Below are positions 1-16,300 of a DNA stretch of 64,000 bases, piece by piece. The notes below the pieces were generated by a model. The model saw only the letters and a program-made list of their open reading frames with translations. It made no database searches and was not told where the DNA came from. Position numbers and translations under genes: made by a program. Location: assembly GCA_964016885.1 (NCBI GenBank), contig OZ024754.1, positions 21,700,001 to 21,764,000 of the forward strand, read 5' to 3'. The stretch's first letter is position 1, and every line of letters starts with the position of its first letter. This DNA comes from Eledone cirrhosa (taxonomy: Eukaryota).

Positions 1-353
1 ATTTTTCAAATGCGAGAGGGCGCTATAGAAGTGGTGGATAGCTTCCGGTACCTAGGAGATCAGATTAGCATGGGAGGAGGGTGTTCCGAGGCCATAGTAT
101 CTAGAATAAGGACGGGTTGGAAGAAGTTTAGGGAGCTGCTTCCTCTGTTGACGAAGAAGGGTTTCTCCCTGCGTACGAAAGGCCGGTTGTATGATGCCTG
201 TGTGAGGAGCGCGATGCTGCATGGTAGTGAGACATGGGCAGCTACCGCAGAAGATATGCGACGGCTGGAGAGAAATGAGGCAAGCATGCTCCGTTGGATG
301 TGCAGTGTAAATGTGCGTGAACGACCCAGCATAAATGTGTTGAGAGAGAAACT
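1..353 (+). mobile_element. RTE-clade LINE fragment (RT thumb/C-terminal region), cut at a (TGG)n run
   Basis: Translation [10 protein letters not shown]...[12 protein letters not shown]...[10 protein letters not shown]...[15 protein letters not shown], homologous to the RTE ORFs elsewhere in the window. Confidence 0.9.
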
Positions 354-399
354 GTGGTGGTGGTGGTGGTGGTGGTGGTGGTGGTGGTGGTGGTGGTGG

Positions 400-435
<36 letters not shown>

Positions 436-493
436 GTGTGTATATATATATATATGTGTATATGTATATATATATATGTGTATATATATATAT

Positions 494-537
<44 letters not shown>

Positions 538-546
538 GTGTATATA
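354..546. repeat. Compound microsatellite (TGG)n-(TG)n-(TA)n
   Basis: Directly visible. Confidence 0.95.
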
Positions 547-885
547 TCATCATCATCATCATTTTACGTCCGCTTTTTCCCTGCTTGCAAGGGTGGGACG
601 GGAACTGATTCTGGCTTGATTTCTACAGCTGGATGCCCTTCCTAACACCAACCTCATTTACAGTGAGTGCTGGGTGCTTTTTTACCATGGCACCTCCACG
701 ACCACTTTGCAGTGGAATGATAGGGACCCCAGTCCCTATCATCTCATTTCTACAGCTGAGTAAACTGGAGCAATGTGAAATAAAGTGTCTTGCTCAAGGA
801 AACAACACATCACCTGGTCTGAGAATTGAACTCACAACCTTTCGATTGCAAGCCCAATGCTCTAACCACTAAGCCATGTGCCTCC
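547..885 (-). mobile_element. tRNA-derived CORE-type SINE with RTE-derived 3' tail
   Basis: Minus strand reads GGAGGCACATGGCTTAGTGG (A box)...GAGTTCAATTC (B box), then MIR-CORE-like CCTTGAGCAAGACACTTTATTTCACATTGCTCCAGTTTACTCAGCTGTAGAAATGAG. The tail matches the RTE 3'UTR at ~18200-18350 and ends in (TGA)n. Near-identical copy at 34614-34945. Confidence 0.9.
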
Positions 886-888
886 ATC

Positions 889-4176
<3,288 letters not shown>

Positions 4177-4178
<2 letters not shown>

Positions 4179-4434
4179 CCAGTCCTAAACAAATGAGGTC
4201 GTGTAGGTGTCACGACAAAAAAACACAGTCCACGCTGTAATGTGGCGGTGTAGGCAACACGGTAAACACCTACCAGTCTACACTGTAAACGTGGTTGGTG
4301 TTAGGAAGGGCATCCAGTCGTAGAAAACCCGCCAGACAGTCCTATGCAAGCAAGACAACCACTCTTGTCTAAAGTGGGAAAACTCCCGTCCAAACCCATG
4401 CAAGCGTGGAAGATGGACGTTAAATGATAATGAT
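4177..4434 (+). mobile_element. RTE family A, 3' UTR only (extreme 5' truncation)
   Basis: Matches the tails at 10540-10805 and 31725-31994 (GTGTTAGGAAGGGCATCCAG...GGACGTTAAA-TGA repeats). Confidence 0.88.
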
Positions 4435-4437
4435 ATG

Positions 4438-4468
<31 letters not shown>

Positions 4469-4707
4469 GTGTATATGTAGGAGGTGAGTTTTATTGTAGT
4501 ACAATAAAGCAATGCAGATATCGGATAAGTAGCACTCTACAGTTCGTAGGACTGGAGTATAAATAATAATATATAAGATCAAAAGATGGTTAAAAGAGTT
4601 CCATGTATTTTATTATGTGCATTTCAAAAACAAATGTTGATTTTACATATGTTGATTTAAAACTGCACTATTCACAAGTGTGTTTTAACCTTCATATCAT
4701 GTCTCCC

Positions 4708-4778
4708 TATTTTATCTGACGAAAATGCAAATGTTATTGCATTATGATATTTGTGTTTGAAATGCGCATAATAAAATA
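4708..4778 (+). ncRNA. Type I hammerhead ribozyme (PLE-associated, short palindromic stem III)
   Basis: TATTTTAT-CTGACGA-[14-bp stem II with GU pairs]-GAAA-TGCGCA-TA-ATAAAATA: complete catalytic core and 8-bp stem I. Confidence 0.85.
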
Positions 4779-4844
4779 CATGGAACTCTTTTAACCATCT
4801 TTTGATCTTGTATATTATTATATATGTGTATATGTATATATACG

Positions 4845-4899
<55 letters not shown>

Positions 4900-5020
4900 G
4901 TATATATATGTATATATATATATGTATATATATATATGTATATATATATATGTATATATATATATGTATATATATATATGTATATATGTATATGTATATA
5001 TATGTATATGTATATATATG

Positions 5021-5132
<112 letters not shown>

Positions 5133-5334
5133 ATGTAGGAGGTGAGTTTTATTGTAGTACAATAAAGCAATGCAGATATCGGATAAGAAGCACTCTACAG
5201 TTTGTAGGACTGGAGTATACATAATATATAAGAACAAAAGATGGTTAAAGGAGTTCCATATATTTTATTATGCGCATTTCAAAAACAAACATCATCAATG
5301 AGAAAAAGATTCTAAATTGATAAAGAATTGAATA

Positions 5335-5960
5335 TTAGCTGTATACTTTGTGAAATGTTTTATGGAATTTATGCAAGCAGATAGAAAACAAGTCAGTTCC
5401 TCTATTTATTATAGAATCTAGATTAGAGATAATGGTAAATTTTTCATTTAGGCAGAGGTTGCAGATTTTAGATAGAGAGCTGTTCAAGTATTAAGACGCA
5501 GAAGAGACCTTCTTCCAAAAGATGGTATATTTAATGTTTTTGTCTTTCAAGGACCATATGAGTTCTGAGAGAGCCGTGTTGGTTCTTTTAAGTTTGTATT
5601 TAAAAGATGAATGATGATTATAGAGACGAGCTTTAAAAGAGGTGGAAGTGGAGCCAAAATAGGTGAAGGAATTGGTGTTAGTTATAACTTTACATTCATA
5701 AATTAAGTTTTTATCAAGACAATGGTTGTTCAGAGGACATTTATTTTTAATAGGGCAATTGCAATTGCAATTAGAGAGATTATGAATGAGTGACCTAGTG
5801 TTATCTATAGAAGGAATTGGATTGGAGAAGTTGTTTGCGATAGGAATAATAGTTTCTTGATTTAGAGTTGGATTATGAACATTTAGCGAAGTTGTGTTTG
5901 ACGTTGTATTTGGGTTTGCAGAAATTAGCCTAGGGTTTACAGAAATTAGCCTTGGGTTTA
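5335..5960 (-). pseudogene. PLE GIY-YIG endonuclease C-terminal remnant (Naiad-like Cys pattern), one in-frame TAA
   Basis: [26 protein letters not shown]...[20 protein letters not shown]...[11 protein letters not shown]...W...*YLNSSLSKICNLCLNEK...INRGTDLFSICLH; 5' end lost in a TA array. Confidence 0.85.
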
Positions 5961-6164
5961 CAATACATATATATACATATATATACATACATATATATAC
6001 ATATATATATACATACATATATATATATATATACATATATGTGTACATATATATGTACATATATATATATATATACATATATATATACATATATGTGTAC
6101 ATATATATGTACATATATATATATATATACATATATATATGTATATATATATATATATATGTAC

Positions 6165-6195
<31 letters not shown>

Positions 6196-6246
6196 TGTAC
6201 ATATATATATGTATATATATATATGTACATATATATATATATGTAC

Positions 6247-6295
<49 letters not shown>

Positions 6296-6510
6296 TATAT
6301 ATATATATGTACATATATATATGTATATATATATATATATATGTACATATATATGTACACACATATATATATATATATATATAATGTAGGAGGTGAGTTT
6401 TATTGTAATACAATAAAGCAATGCAGATATCGGATAAGAAGCACTCTACAGTTTGTGGGACTGGAGTATGCATAATATAAGATCAAAAGATGGTTAAAGG
6501 AGTTCCATAT

Positions 6511-6579
6511 ATTTTATTATGCGCATTTCAAAAACAAACATCATCAAGCAATAATATTTGTGTTTTCATCAGATAAAAC
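6511..6579 (-). ncRNA. Type I hammerhead ribozyme (second copy)
   Basis: Minus strand GTTTTAT-CTGATGA-AAACACAAATATTATTGCTTGATGATGTTTGTTTTT-GAAA-TGCGCA-TA-ATAAAAT. Confidence 0.85.
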
Positions 6580-7136
6580 AGGAGAACATGATATGAAGGC
6601 TAAAAAAACACTTGTTGATAGTGCAGTTTTTAATCAACATATGAAAAGTGGTTTTAGATTGATGTGTGATATTGGGAAAAATATTTTATTTAGAGGGGGG
6701 GGGGGAGGATGAAAAGGGAAGGAGATGAGAGGGAGAGATGGGTGATAGAGAGAAAGAGATAGTTTTTATAACTGAGAGGAGATATAATTTTTTACATAGA
6801 GGGGTTGAAAACTGTTGGAAGATACTGTATAAATTAAAAATTTTGAAAATTAACGAAGGGAGGATATGTGCGAGGAAAAAAAAAATTTTATTTAGGGAGT
6901 GGGGGGTGGAAAGGATGAAAAAAAGGGGGGAGGAGATGAGAGTGAAGGTGGAGAGGGAGAGATGGGGGATAGAGAGAAAGAGATAGTTTTTATAACTGAG
7001 AAAAAGATATATTGTTTTAATATAGAGAGGTTGGGAACCGTTGGAAGATAATGTATAAATTAAAGGAATTTGAAAATTAACGAAGGGAAATTATGTATAT
7101 CTTCATACATAATTTCCCTTCGTTAATTTTCAAATT

Positions 7137-7172
7137 ATATATATATGTATATATATATATATATATATGTAT

Positions 7173-7208
<36 letters not shown>

Positions 7209-7264
7209 GTATATATATGTATATATATATATGTATATATGTATGTATATATATATGTATGTAT

Positions 7265-7304
<40 letters not shown>

Positions 7305-7423
7305 GTATATATATATGTATATATATATGTATATATATGTATATATATGTATATATATGTATATATATGTATATATATGTATATATATATGTATATATAT
7401 ATGTATATATATATATGTATATA

Positions 7424-7520
<97 letters not shown>

Positions 7521-7533
7521 GTATATATATATG

Positions 7534-7586
<53 letters not shown>

Positions 7587-7599
7587 GTATATATATATG

Positions 7600-7635
<36 letters not shown>

Positions 7636-7781
7636 TGTATATATATTTATGTATATATATATGTATATATATATATATATATTTATGTATATATATATGT
7701 ATATATATATATATATATGTATATATATTTATGTATATATATATGTATATATATATATATATATTTATGTATATATATATG

Positions 7782-7840
<59 letters not shown>

Positions 7841-7851
7841 GTATATATATG

Positions 7852-7882
<31 letters not shown>

Positions 7883-7931
7883 GTATATATGTATATATAT
7901 ATATATATGTATATATATATGTATATATATG

Positions 7932-7986
<55 letters not shown>

Positions 7987-8001
7987 GTATATATATTTAT
8001 G

Positions 8002-8039
<38 letters not shown>

Positions 8040-8105
8040 TGTATATATATTTATGTATATATATATATATATATATTTATGTATATATATATATATATAT
8101 ATTTA

Positions 8106-8138
<33 letters not shown>

Positions 8139-8505
8139 ATATATGTATATATATATATGTATATGTATATATGTGTATATGTATATATGTGTATATGTAT
8201 ATATGTATATATGTGTATATGTATATATATATATGTATATATATATATGTATATATATATATGTATATATATATATGTATATATATATATGTATATATAT
8301 GTATATATATATATGTATATATATATATGTATATATATGGATATATATATATGTATATATATATATGTATATATATATATGTATATATATGGATATATAT
8401 ATATGTATATATATATATGTATATATATGGATATATATATATGTATATATATGGATATATATATATGTATATATATGGATATATATATATGGATATATAT
8501 GGATA

Positions 8506-8536
<31 letters not shown>

Positions 8537-8685
8537 ATATATGTATATATATGGATATATATATATATGTATATATATGTATGTATATGTATGTATGTAT
8601 ATGTATATATATATGTATATATATGTATATGTATATATATATATATGTATATATATATGTATATATATATGTATATATATATGTA

Positions 8686-8719
<34 letters not shown>

Positions 8720-8736
8720 CATATATATATATATAC

Positions 8737-8789
<53 letters not shown>

Positions 8790-8790
8790 C

Positions 8791-8847
<57 letters not shown>

Positions 8848-8965
8848 TATATATACATATATATATATACACATATATATATATATATACACATATATAT
8901 ATATATACACATATATATATATATACACACATATATATATATACACATATATATATATATACATT

Positions 8966-9017
<52 letters not shown>

Positions 9018-9021
9018 CATA
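7137..9021. repeat. ~1.9-kb interrupted (TA)n microsatellite with polarity switch near 8700
   Basis: G-interrupted (TATATG) up to ~8690, C-interrupted (TATACA) after. Confidence 0.95.
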
Positions 9022-10805
9022 TATAGAGGCATTAAATTAATCGACCAGGTCATGAAGGTCACGGAAAAAGTAATAGCGCAACTAATCAGAGAGAGAATTG
9101 ACCTAGATGAAATGCAGTTCGGGTTTGTGTTGGGCAAAAGCACCACAGACGCTCTTTTCATAGTACGACAACTACAGGAGAAGTACCTAGCTAAAGGTAA
9201 ACCCCTCTACTTAGCTTTTGTCGACCTGGAGAAAGCCTTCGACAGAGTCCCCCGCTCCATTATCTGGTGGGCTCTTAGAAAATTAGGCGTTGACGAATGG
9301 CTTGTGAGGTCTATACAAGCCATGTATAAAGAAACAGTCAGCAAGGTTAGAATTAACAACGAATATAGTGAAGAGTTTAGCGTAAAAGTTGGCGTCCATG
9401 AGGGCTCTGTTCTCAGCCCCCTACTATTTATTATTGCCCTTCAGGCTATAACAGAGGAGTTCAAGACAGGCTTCCTATGGGAACTCCTATACGCAGACGA
9501 CCTGACACTCATAGCGGAATCAATGGCCGAGCTAGAGAAGAAATTCCAAACATGGAAGCACGGCCTAGAGTCAAAAGGACTTAAAATTAACCTGGCTAAG
9601 ACCAAAGTTCTAGTTTGTAGGAAAGAAAACAAGGCGGCGGTCCCTTCTGGGAAATGGTCGTGCTCGGTGTGTAGGAAAGGCGTAGGTAGAAACTCCATTT
9701 TATGTCCTAAATGCAAAGTATGGGTGCATAAAAGATGTAGTGGGATCACAGGTAAGCTAACTAAGAACATAGATTTTACATGTGGCCGGTGTTCTGGTGC
9801 AATAAGTAGCAGCAAGTGCCCACAAAATACTAGCTCTTTCAATTGCACAGAGGGTTCTATAGAAATAGTGGACAGCTTCCGTTACCTGGGCGATAAAATC
9901 AGCAGTGGGGGAGGGTGCTCTGAAAGTACTGTAGCTAGAGTCAGAACTGGTTGGAAAAAGTTCAGAGAGCTTATACCACTATTAGCTGCTAAAGGGTTCT
10001 CCCTAAAAGTGAAAGGCAGGTTGTACGATGCCTGCATACGAACAGCAATGTTGCATGGTAGTGAGACCTGGGCATTGTGTGCAGAGGATATACGCAGACT
10101 AGAGAGGAACGAAGCTTGCATGCTCCGCTGTATGTGTAACAGTAATATACGTGAACGGCAAAGCATAAACGAACTAAGGAAAAAATTAGAGATAAGAGGG
10201 ATCAGATGTTGTTTACTCGAGAGAAGGCTGCGTTGGTATGGACACGTGATGCGCATGAAAGTCGATAGCTGTATAACAAAGTACAGGGCAATAAAGATAG
10301 ACGGTAGCCACGGAATAGGCAGACCTAGAAAAACATGGGATGAGCTGATAAACTCCGACCTCACACACTTACACCTCTCCAAGACAATGTCACTGGACCG
10401 AGACCTTTGGCGGTACTCAGTAACAGAGAAGACCCGCCTTGCCAGTAGGTATCTCTAACAAAATACACCCCGTCCCGCTACCACCCCCACCCCATCCACA
10501 CCACCCCGTTCTATGTAAAGTTATGTTGGTGCCGCGCCATCCAGGCCGAAACAAATGAGATTGTGTAGGTGCCACGACAAAAAAACGCACAGTCCACGCT
10601 GTAATGTGGCCGTGTAGGCAACACGGTAAAAACCTCCCAGACCCACACTGTAAATGTGGTTGGTGTTAGGAAGGGCATCCAACTGTAGAAAACCTGCCAG
10701 ACAGTCCTATGCGAGCAAGACAATCACTCTTGCCTCAAGTGGGACTACCCCCGTCCAAACCCATGCAAGCGTGGAACACGGACGTTAAACGTTGATGATG
10801 ATGAT
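9022..10805 (+). mobile_element. RTE family A, 5'-truncated, RT to 3' tail; frame open to stop at 10458
   Basis: [36 protein letters not shown]4HC3 finger, [14 protein letters not shown]; (TGA)n tail. Confidence 0.95.
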
Positions 10806-10837
10806 ATATATAGATATATATATATATATATATATAT

Positions 10838-13306
10838 GCGCATGGCCACTTCCCGGAGGGTACCGCCGCCTTATTTTCTTTCTTACAAACTAGAACTTTA
10901 GTCTTAGCCATGTTAATTCTAAGGCCTTTTGATTCTAGGCCGTGCTTCCATGTTTGGAATTTCTTCTCTAGCTCGGCCATTGATTCAGCTATGAGCGTTA
11001 GGTCATCTGCGTATAGGAGTTCCCATGGGCAGCCGGTCTTGAACTCCTCTGTTATAGCCTGAAGGGCAATAATAAATAGTAGGGGGCTAAGAACAGAGCC
11101 CTGATGGACACCAACTTTTACGCTAAACTCCTCACTATATTCGTTGTTAATTCTAACCTTGCTCACTGTTTCTTTATACATGGCTTGTATAGCTCTCACA
11201 AGCCATTCGTCAATACCTAGTTTTCTAAGAGCCCACCAGATAATGGAACGGGGGACTTTGTCGAAGGCTTTCTCCAAGTCGACAAAGGCTAAGTATAGGG
11301 GTTTACTTTTAGCTAGGTACTTCTCCTGTAGTTGTCGTACAATGAAAAGAGCGTCTGTGGTACTTTTGCCTGACACAAACCCGAACTGCATTTCATCTAG
11401 ATCAATTAGTTCTCTGATTAGTTCCGCTATTACTTTTTCCGTGACCTTCATGACCTGGTCGATTAATTTAATCCCTCTATAGTTACTCCTATCTAGGGCG
11501 TCTCCTTTACCCTTGTAACAGTTAATGATGATGCTGCTACGCCAGTCCTTCGGAACAACCCCATTCTGTATGACTTGGTTTACTATCCGGGTGACCATGG
11601 TGTGTCCCACCATTCCAGAGGCCTTCAGCATCTCAGCGACTATTTCCGAAGGCCCAGCCGCTTTACCCGTCTTCATATCTTTGATCGCCTTACTTATTAT
11701 ACTACCTTCAACTAACACTGCTGGTCCCTCTATTGGATCGATGTGGGGGAGACTGTCTTTCTCCCATTTATTCTCCTCATTTAGAAGCCTTTCGTAGTGA
11801 CACTTCCAAGCTACCTTCTTATCAGCGTCGGTGATGGCAAGTATGCCATCATCGTTAAGTACACACTTCTCCCCGACAATATCACAGTTTTCCTTGACAC
11901 ATTGCCTGGCAATCCTGAACACCTCACGTTTTTGGTCCTCACGTTGTAGAACATGCTTGAACTTTCTTTCCTCTGCTTCCCTTCTTGCGAAGTACACTTG
12001 TCTCCTAGCTTCCCTCCTGGCCACTTGATAGTCTTCTCTACTTCCCCCATCCCGCCATACTTTCCAAGCCTGCTTTTTGGCCTTAATTGACTCCTCCACC
12101 TTACTGTTCCACCACCATGTTACTCTCCTCCTACCTACAGGCCTGCTCCAGCCACAGACTTCGTCTGCCGCCCTCAGCAGGTTTGCTCTCAGGAATTCCC
12201 ACTGTCCCTCTATATTGTCCGACTCTAAATGCTCTTCCTTACTGTGAAAGCGTCAAGTAATATGCTTTGAAATTTATTTCTGGCTGTGGGGTCCTTTAGC
12301 TTCCATATTTTTCTCCTGAGGATAGTCCTCTTCTGCTGTCGAGTACGTCTCGTCCTGACTATGAGGTCGCTAATTATCAGTTGGGAGGTGCATTCTTCAT
12401 GGGGGAGGGATTTAGTGTTTACAACAGTCACTCTGTCACGTCTTCTGGTAAGGATATAATCTACCTGGCTGGTATGTTCCCTTGATCTGTAGGTGATCAA
12501 GTGATTGTCTCGTTTTTTGAAGTTAGTGTTACAGATTGTTAGGTTATTTGCGTCACAAAATTCCAGGATTCTGGAGCCTTCCTCATTTCTAGTACCAAAC
12601 CCATAGCCTCCATGGATTTCATCATAGCCGTCACAATGTTGTCCAACGTGACCATTTAGGTCGCCAGCAATAATTATATAGTCACTGTCGGTTATTTGGG
12701 AGGTAGTGAGCATCAGTGTCTCATAGAAAGTGTCTTTTATAGCGCCAGGCAGTCCGGATTGGGGCGCATACGCAGATATTATCGTCACAGCAGTTCTATT
12801 TAGAACAAGTCTTATTTTAATTATTCTGTCGTTTACTCTATTTACGTCTATTATCTTATCCACCCATTTTTCTACTAACATGATTCCTACCCCACGCAGC
12901 CCATTGTCATTTCCCACCCAGAAAAGCTTATAGCATCGTTTTTTACCCACAATGAATCTAGCAGACCCGCCCCTCCACCTGGTCTCTTGGATGCAGCAGA
13001 CATCAACCTCCTTACGTTCAAGCATTTCTACAACCTCGTTTGAGCGGCCTTTTAAGGTCCCTACATTCATGGTACCAACTCTGAAGTTTTGGATTGCGTT
13101 TGGTGGGTGGGGTGCAGGGAGGGGTGTGGTTGATGGGGTTGGGGTTATGTTGGCCATCCGCGGCCGCAGCAAAGAGGGTGGGGCTTTACCCTTTCGTCCG
13201 GCAGCATGAGGTGAATTTGTCGTTATCTTTTGCATTGTCTTCGGGTGTCCAGATTCTTCTGACTCTCCAGAAATTCCCTAGCTCATCCATCATATTGAAA
13301 AAGCAA
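10838..13306 (-). mobile_element. RTE family A copy, 5' end to RT, frameshifted, 3' part missing
   Basis: ORFs 12225-13235 (APE: GTMNVGTL, CCIQETRW, AYAPQ, AGDLNGHVG, QVDYIL) and 10735-12099 (RT); sequence stops at KWPCA in a TA run. Confidence 0.93.
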
Positions 13307-13364
13307 TATATGTATATATATATGTATATATGTATATGTATATGTATATATATATATGTATATA

Positions 13365-16300
13365 TCATCATCATCATCATCATCATCGTTTAACGTCCGT
13401 GTTCCACGCTTGCATGGGTTTGGACGGGGGTTTCCCACTTGAGGCAAGAGTGATTGTCTTGCTCGCATAGGGCTGTCTGGCAGGTTTTCTACAGTTCGAT
13501 GCCCTTCCTAACACCAACCACATTTACAGTGTGGGTCTGGGAGGTTTTTACCGTGTTGCCTACACGGCCACATTACAGCGTGGACTGTGTGTTTTTTTGT
13601 CGTGACACCTACACGATCTCATTTGTTTCGGCCTGGATGGTGTGGCACCAACATAACTTTACATAGAAGGGGGGGCGGTGTGGATGGGGTGGGGGTGGTG
13701 GGACGGGGGTGTATTTTGTTAGAGATGCCTACTGACTGTAGTAGGTTTTACTTTGTATTTAGGTAAGGCGGGTCTTCTCTATTACTGAGTACCGCCAAAG
13801 GTCTCGGTCCAGTGACATTGTCTTGGTGAGGTGTAAGTGTGTGAGGTCGGAGTTTATCAGCTCGTCCCAGGTTTTTCTGGGTCTGCCTATTCCGTGGCTA
13901 CCGTCTATCTTTATTGCCCTGCACTTTGTTATACAGCTATCGTCCTTCATGCGCATCACGTGACCATACCAACGTAGCCTTCTCTCGAGTAAACAACATC
14001 TGATCCCTCTTATTTCTAATTTTTTCCTTAGTTCGTTTATGCTTTGTCGTTCACGTTCACGTTCATTTTTAGGGAGAACCCTTTAGCGGCTAATAGTGGT
14101 ATAAGCTCTCTGAACTTTTTCCACCCAGTTCTGACTCTAGCTACTGTACTTTCAGAGCACCCTCCCCCACTGCTGATTTTGTCACCCAGGTAACGGAAGT
14201 TGTCCACTATTTCTATAGAACCCTCTGCGCAGTTGAAAGAGCTAGTATTTTGTGGGCACTTGCTGCTACTTATTGCCCCAGAACACCGGCCACATGTAAA
14301 ATCTATGTTCTTAGTTAGCTTACCTGTGATCCCAATACATCTTTTATGCACCCAAACTTTGCATTTGGGACACAAAATGGAATTTCTACCTACGCCTTTC
14401 CTACAATCTGCGCATGGCCACTTCCCGGAGGGGACCGCTGCCTTATTTTCTTTCTTACAAACTAGAACTTTAGTCTTAGCCAGGTTAATTTTAAGGCCTT
14501 TTGATTCTAGACCGTGCTTCCATGTTTGGAATTTCTTCTCTAGCTCGGCCATTGATTCAGCTATGAGCGTTAGATCATCTGCGTATAGGAGTTCCCATGG
14601 GCAGCCGGTCTTGAACTCCTCTGTTATAGCCTGAAGAGCAATAATAAATAGTAGGGGCTAAGAACAGAGCCCTGATGGACACCAACTTTTACACTAAACT
14701 CTTCACTATATTCGTTGTTAATTCTAACCTTGCTGACTGTTTCTTTATACGTGGCTTGTATAGCTCTCACAAGCCATTCATCAACACCTAGTTTTCTAAG
14801 AGCCCACCAGATAATGGAACGGGGGACTCTGTCGAAGGCCTTCTCCAAGTCGACGAAAGTTAAGTATAGGGGTTTACTTTTAGCTAGGTACTTCTCCTGT
14901 AGTTGTCGTACAATGAAAAGAGCGTCTGTGGTACTTTTTCCTGACACAAACCCGAACTGCATTTCATCTAGATCAATTCGCTCTCTGATTAGTTGCGCTA
15001 TTACTTTTTCCGTGACCTTCATGACCTGGTCGATTAATTTAATGCCTCTAGAGTTACTCCTATCTAGGGCATCTCCTTTACCCTTATAACAGTTAACGAT
15101 GATGCTGCTACGCCAGTCCTTCGGAACAACCCCATTCTGTATGACTTGGTTGACTATCCGGGTGATCATGCTGTGTCCCACCGTACCAGATGCCTTCAGC
15201 ATCTCGGCAACTATTTCCGAAGGCCCACCCGCCTTGTTCGTCTTCATATCTTCGATTGCCTCGTTAAGTACACACTTTTCCCCGACAATATCACTGTTTT
15301 CCTTGACACATTGCCTAGCAATCCTGAACACCTCACGTTTTTGGTGCTCACGTTGTAGAACATGCTTGAACTTTCTTTCCTCTGCTTCCCTTCTTGCGAA
15401 GTACACTTGTCTCCTAGCTTCCCTCCTGGCCACTTGATAGTCTTCTCTGCTTCCCCCATCCTGCCATACTTTCCAAGCCTGCTTTTTGGCCTTAATTGAC
15501 CCTCCACCTTACTGTTCCACCACGATGTTACTCTCCTACTGCCTACAGGCCTGCTCCAACCACAGACTTCGTCTGCCGCCGTCAGCAGGTTTGCTTTCAG
15601 GAATTCCCACTGTTCCTCTACCTTGTACGACTCTAATTGCTCTTCCTTACTGTCGAAAGCATCAAGTAATATGCTTTGGAATTTATTTTTGGCTGTGGGG
15701 TCCTTTAGCTTCCATATTTTTCTCCTGAGGATAGTCCTCTTTTGTTGTCTAGTACGTTTCGTCCTGACTATTAGGTCGCTAATTATCAGTCTATGTTGGG
15801 AGGTGCATTCTTCATGGGGGAGGGATTTAGTGTTTACAACAGACACTCTGTCACGTCTTCTGGTAAGGATATAATCTACCTGGCTGGTATGTTCCCCTGA
15901 TCTGTAGGAGATCAAGTGATTGTCTCGTTTTTTGAAGTTAGTGTTACAAATAGTTAGGTTATTTGCATCACAGAATTCCAGGATTCTGGAGCCTTCCTCG
16001 TTTCTAGTACCAAACCCATAGCCTCCGCCGTTTCCGTCATAGTCGTCACAATGTTGACCAACGTGGCCATTTAGGTCGCCAGCAATAATTATATAGTCAC
16101 TGTCGGTTATTTGGGAGGTAGTGAGCATCAGTGTCTCATAGAATCTGTCTTTTATAGCGCCAGGCAGTCCGGATTGGGGCGCGTATGCAGATATTACTGT
16201 CACAGTAGTTCTATTTAGAACAAGTCTTATTTTAATTATTCTGTCATTTATTCTATTTACATCTATTATCTTATCCACCCATTTTTCTGCTAACATGATT

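Noticed and set aside
5491-5493. Selenocysteine read-through in the PLE endonuclease
   Set aside because: The in-frame stop is TAA, and no convincing SECIS was seen
7093-10458. 1121-aa ORF joining a Tyr/Ile repeat to an RT
   Set aside because: Chance read-through from a stop-free TA array into a 5'-truncated RTE; the same applies to the N-termini of ORFs 24042-26984 and 5491-6360
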